From assembly GCA_049579765.1 (NCBI GenBank), contig JBAUOM010000621.1:1-49201 (forward strand): 49,201 nt of DNA. Reading direction: 5' to 3'. Position 1 is the first letter of the stretch. Each line of letters begins with the position of its first letter. The translations under genes and the position numbers were made by a program. The stretch is from Xanthobacteraceae bacterium (GTDB lineage: Bacteria; Pseudomonadota; Alphaproteobacteria; Rhizobiales; Xanthobacteraceae). The notes under the pieces were generated by a model. It had not been told where the DNA came from, did no database searches, and saw only the letters and a list, made by a program, of their open reading frames with translations. Below are positions 46,170 through 49,201 of the stretch, in pieces.

Positions 46170-47357
46170 ATGACCGTTCGAGCGGGGCGCGAGTTCCTGG
46201 CGATTCCTGGCCCCACCACGGTGCCCGACGAAGTCTTAAGGGCCATGCATCGGCCGGCCGTGGACATCTATTCCGGTTCGCTGGTGCAACTCACCGACAG
46301 CTTGCTGGCGGATCTCAGCCGGGTGTTCCGAACCGAGGGACGCTCATACATCTACATTGCCAACGGGCATGGCGCATGGGAGGCCGCGCTGACCAACGTC
46401 CTGTCGAAAGGGGACAGGATCCTGGTGTTGGAAAGCGGCCGGTTCGCGGCTGGGTGGGGCGAGGCCGCGGCCGGGCTCGGCGTCGAGGTCGAGGCGCTCA
46501 AGGGCGATTGGCGCCGAGCCGTGCGTCCGGCCGAGGTGGAAGCGCGCCTGCGAGCGGACCAAGCGGGCAAGATCAAAGCCATTCTGGCGGTGCAGGTCGA
46601 TACGGCCTCGGGCGCGGCCAATGACATCGCCGGCATCGGCCGGGCGATCAAGGCTGCAAAGCATGATGCCCTTTTCATGGTCGATGCCGTCGCCTCGCTG
46701 GGCTGCGTGCCGTTCGAGATGGACGCCTGGGGCGTCGATGTCGCCGTCTCGGGATCGCAGAAGGGTCTCATGACGCCGCCCGGCCTCGGCTTCGTCGCGG
46801 TCGGCCGGCGTGCGCGCGAGGCGCACGCGAGCGCCGGCTTGCGGACGCCTTACTGGGACTGGACCGCGCGCGACGGCAACGTGCACTACCAGAAATATGC
46901 CGGCACGCCGCCCGAGCACCTCATGTTCGCGCTGCGCCAGGCGCTCGACATGCTGTTCGAGGAGGGGCTCGACAATGTCTTCCTGCGGCATCGCCTGCTG
47001 GCGGAGGCGGTGCGTCGTGCCGTTGCGAAGTGGTCGGAAGGACGTGCATTCGAATTCAATGTTGCGCAACCGGAGGAGCGCGCCGAGACGGTGACGACTG
47101 TCTTGATGAACGACGGGAGTGACCCGCGCCGGCTTGTCGATTATTGCGACAAGAAGTGCGGTGTCGTGCTCGGCATCGGCATCGGCGATCTGTCGGGCAA
47201 GGCCTTCCGCATCGCCCACATGGGACACGTCAATGCGCCGATGATCCTGGGCACGCTCGCCGTCATCGAGGTCGGCCTCAACGCGTTGCGGATGCCGCAC
47301 GGCAAGGGCGGCGCGCAGGCCGCGATCGACTGGCTGGGTGGGAGCGTTCGCCCGTAG
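46170..47357 (+). CDS. Class V aminotransferase (serine/alanine-glyoxylate aminotransferase type)
   Basis: ATG 46170. 395 aa with LAIPGPTTVPDEVLRAM at the N-terminus and the PLP lysine in SGSQKGL, typical of the AGXT/SgaA-like branch rather than NifS/CsdB-type desulfurases. Confidence 0.85.
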   Translation: MTVRAGREFLAIPGPTTVPDEVLRAMHRPAVDIYSGSLVQLTDSLLADLSRVFRTEGRSYIYIANGHGAWEAALTNVLSKGDRILVLESGRFAAGWGEAAAGLGVEVEALKGDWRRAVRPAEVEARLRADQAGKIKAILAVQVDTASGAANDIAGIGRAIKAAKHDALFMVDAVASLGCVPFEMDAWGVDVAVSGSQKGLMTPPGLGFVAVGRRAREAHASAGLRTPYWDWTARDGNVHYQKYAGTPPEHLMFALRQALDMLFEEGLDNVFLRHRLLAEAVRRAVAKWSEGRAFEFNVAQPEERAETVTTVLMNDGSDPRRLVDYCDKKCGVVLGIGIGDLSGKAFRIAHMGHVNAPMILGTLAVIEVGLNALRMPHGKGGAQAAIDWLGGSVRP

Positions 47358-47530
47358 ACTGTCACGCCCGTGCTACTTCCTGCAACAGCTTGTTACGGGT
47401 ACCGGCAGGGCGACGATTTGCGAAAAATACGATTTGCCTCCGCGGAAGAACGCGTTTTGCGGAGCTGGCCCACGACCCCGCGGCGTTAACGGCATGCGGC
47501 GCCGGAGCGCGCGGGCGTTTGCAGGGAGCA

Positions 47531-49201
47531 TTAGGAAACAGATGCTTGCGTGGTTGCATCCCGCTCCGGCGCGCGGACCCGGTCGCCGAGCGGATGTCGT
47601 CCGCCGAGCGCTTCGGCGAGCCGCGCTCCGGTGAGATCGAGGGTGACGGGTTCCGGTGCATCGCCGCGCTCTTGCGCGAACCCGATGACGTCGGCGGCGG
47701 CGTAGCCCGCCGCGCGCAGCGCGGCGACGCAACGTTCCGCCTCGCTTGACGGGATCGCCGCAAGCAGCCCGCCCGCCGTTTGCGGGTCGAACAGCAGCGG
47801 GTAGAGCGGATGCCGCGCGACGGTCTCGACCTGCTTGACGGCGCGGCGCAAGCGCGCATTCTGAGGCTGCAGCGACGAGAAGATGCCACGCGCCACGGTC
47901 TCGCGCGCGCCGTCGAGCAGCGGCACGCGGTCGATCGCGATGGTGACGTCGACGTCCGAGGCGCGTACCATTTCAACGAGGTGGCCGAGCAAACCGAACC
48001 CGGTCACGTCGGTCGCGGCATGCACGCCGTGTTGGCGCAGGATCTCCGCTGCCCGGCGGTTCGAACGCACCATATGGGCGATCGCCGCCATCACCCAGCG
48101 GGCCTTGGCCTTGCCCCGCATGTCGGCGGCGAGCAACGTGCCGGTGCCGATCGGCTTGGTCAGGATGAGCGCGTCGCCGGGCCTGAGCCCGCCTTTGCGC
48201 AGCGCCGCCTCCCGCGCGACCAGTCCGTTGACCGCGAAGCCGAGCGCCAGCTCGGCGCCTTCGCTGGTATGGCCGCCGACGAGCGCGCAGCTGGCTTCGC
48301 GCAGCACCTCGTTCGCGCCCGCCATCATCGCGGACAAGTCGGCCTCGACTTTGGCCTCGAGCCCGTACGGCACGGTGGCGATCGCCAGTGCGGTCTGCGG
48401 CTCGCCGCCCATGGCGTAGACGTCGCCGAGCGCATGGTTGGCCGCGATCTTGCCGAGCAAGTAAGGGTCGTCGACGATGGCGCGGAAATAATCGACGGTC
48501 TGCAGCGCGAGCCGGTCGCCGCCGACATCGACCAGCGCCGCGTCGTCCGGCGCGTCGAGACCGACGACCACGTCGGCGCGCGCGGCCGGCTCGATGCTTG
48601 CGAGCGCACGCGTGAGCACCGTCGCTCCGACCTTGGCGCCGCAGCCGCCGCAGCGCATGGCGATGGCGGAAATTTCCTCGAGGGCCCGCCGGTCGGCCAA
48701 TGGCGACACCGCCGCCGGCGGCGTCGCCATTTCAGGCAGCTCGTTGAACTTGCGCATGAAGCGGCGATCGATCCAGTCCTTCCAGCGCCACACCCACGCG
48801 CCTTCGACCACGAGGCCATTGCGGGCGCCGATCGCATGGTGCTCGCCGGTCGAGACCAGATAGAGCGCCTCGCGCTGGGGCCGAAATGGCTGCAGGGATT
48901 TGCCGGTCAAGGCGCGGCGGATGTTTTCGGCGAGCGCCGGTCCCGCGCGCACGGCATACACACCCGACTTCGGCAATTCGCGCGCGGCGAATGCGATGGT
49001 GTCGCCGGCCGCGAACACGTCGTGATGCCCGGCGACGCGCAAGGTATCCTCGACCCTGAGAAAGCCGTTCTCGTCGAGCGGCAACGCGGCCTGTGCCAGC
49101 CAGCGGGCCGGCGCGGCCTGCGTGGTCCACAGAATCTCGTCGGCCGCGACCGGCGCGTGGCCGTCGAGCACCAGCCGTCCGGCCTCGACGCCGATGACCG
49201 G
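47531..49201 (-). CDS. selD: Bifunctional pyridine nucleotide-disulfide oxidoreductase-like / selenide, water dikinase (SelD) fusion; 5' end lies outside the window
   Basis: The C-terminal ~350 aa are collinear by eye with E. coli SelD (RCGGCGAKV active site with Cys, not Sec; DDAALV; GGHTSEG; TKPIGTG; TDVTGFGLLGHL; DPQTAGGLL). The N-terminal part (DVFAAGD..., KSGVYAVRAG) is the end of an FAD/NAD(P)-dependent oxidoreductase domain. The reading frame stays open to the window edge. Confidence 0.85.
   Translation of the reverse strand, partial: PVIGVEAGRLVLDGHAPVAADEILWTTQAAPARWLAQAALPLDENGFLRVEDTLRVAGHHDVFAAGDTIAFAARELPKSGVYAVRAGPALAENIRRALTGKSLQPFRPQREALYLVSTGEHHAIGARNGLVVEGAWVWRWKDWIDRRFMRKFNELPEMATPPAAVSPLADRRALEEISAIAMRCGGCGAKVGATVLTRALASIEPAARADVVVGLDAPDDAALVDVGGDRLALQTVDYFRAIVDDPYLLGKIAANHALGDVYAMGGEPQTALAIATVPYGLEAKVEADLSAMMAGANEVLREASCALVGGHTSEGAELALGFAVNGLVAREAALRKGGLRPGDALILTKPIGTGTLLAADMRGKAKARWVMAAIAHMVRSNRRAAEILRQHGVHAATDVTGFGLLGHLVEMVRASDVDVTIAIDRVPLLDGARETVARGIFSSLQPQNARLRRAVKQVETVARHPLYPLLFDPQTAGGLLAAIPSSEAERCVAALRAAGYAAADVIGFAQERGDAPEPVTLDLTGARLAEALGGRHPLGDRVRAPERDATTQASVS

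Noticed and set aside
47413-47437. Direct repeat ACGATTTGC (47413-47421 and 47429-47437) and a CTCCGC/GCGGAG inverted repeat (47438-47464) in the convergent gap between the aminotransferase and selD genes.
   Set aside because: The repeats are short enough to arise by chance. There is no T-tract for a terminator, and no genes start nearby that they could regulate.
1-49201. Search for CRISPR arrays, tRNA/rRNA genes, IS elements, integrases, phage genes and defence-system hallmarks (nucleases, helicase/ATPase pairs, toxin-antitoxin pairs).
   Set aside because: No spaced direct repeats, no cloverleaf-like or rRNA-like segments, and no transposase, integrase or defence-type proteins are visible in the ORF set. 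The window appears purely metabolic, apart from the unassignable fragments at 15166-16739.

Overview
This is a GC-rich segment (mid-60s % G+C by eye) that looks like a proteobacterial chromosome. Gene content and codon style fit a soil alphaproteobacterium such as Bradyrhizobium, but that taxonomic call is inference only. The window is densely coding, with about 38 protein genes. I recognised no rRNA, tRNA, CRISPR array or IS/transposase. Almost everything is catabolism or transport.

Gene order, left to right:
- A truncated CoxL-type molybdenum hydroxylase stub, an M20 deacylase and a UbiD N-terminal stub.
- A TAXI-type TRAP transporter and an amidohydrolase.
- Molybdenum hydroxylase locus 1 on the minus strand, in L-M-S order, with a CoxS-CoxG fusion.
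- A NitT/TauT-type ABC importer.
- About 1.3 kb of ORF-poor, partly lower-GC sequence around a small cupin gene.
- A membrane-tailed SDR and a DUF296/PPC protein.
- A three-gene operon: PoxB-like TPP enzyme, enolase-superfamily enzyme, and a roughly 1000-aa FAD/Fe-S oxidase.
- An AHL-lactonase-like MBL hydrolase and a 4-hydroxybutyryl-CoA dehydratase-like protein.
- An amino-acid-synthesis (DUF1185) family protein and an HpaB-type monooxygenase.
- A LivHMGF ABC importer with its binding protein, then an acyl-CoA ligase.
- On the minus strand, molybdenum hydroxylase locus 2 (M-S-L order), a TTC38-family TPR protein and glutaryl-CoA dehydrogenase.
- An SDR lacking the catalytic Tyr/Lys, a PaaY-like protein, DedA and a class V aminotransferase.
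- A partial gene for an oxidoreductase-SelD fusion, running off the right edge.

The most interesting content is the roughly 20 kb block at 24.7-45 kb. It reads as an uncharacterised CoA-thioester-dependent catabolic supercluster. Three features inside it stand out: a lactonase paired with an AbfD-like enzyme, two divergent HpaB-fold proteins bracketing a protein of unknown function, and a TTC38-family gene embedded in a molybdenum hydroxylase/gcdH operon.

Smaller observations:
- Two gene stumps in the first 3 kb.
- A likely 1-nt frameshift at the end of the FAD/Fe-S oxidase gene.
- A probable non-canonical start for one 2Fe-2S subunit.
- Long structured intergenic leaders.
- No recognisable transcription factor anywhere in the 49 kb.

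All functional calls come from reading the translated ORFs by eye. No database search was run.
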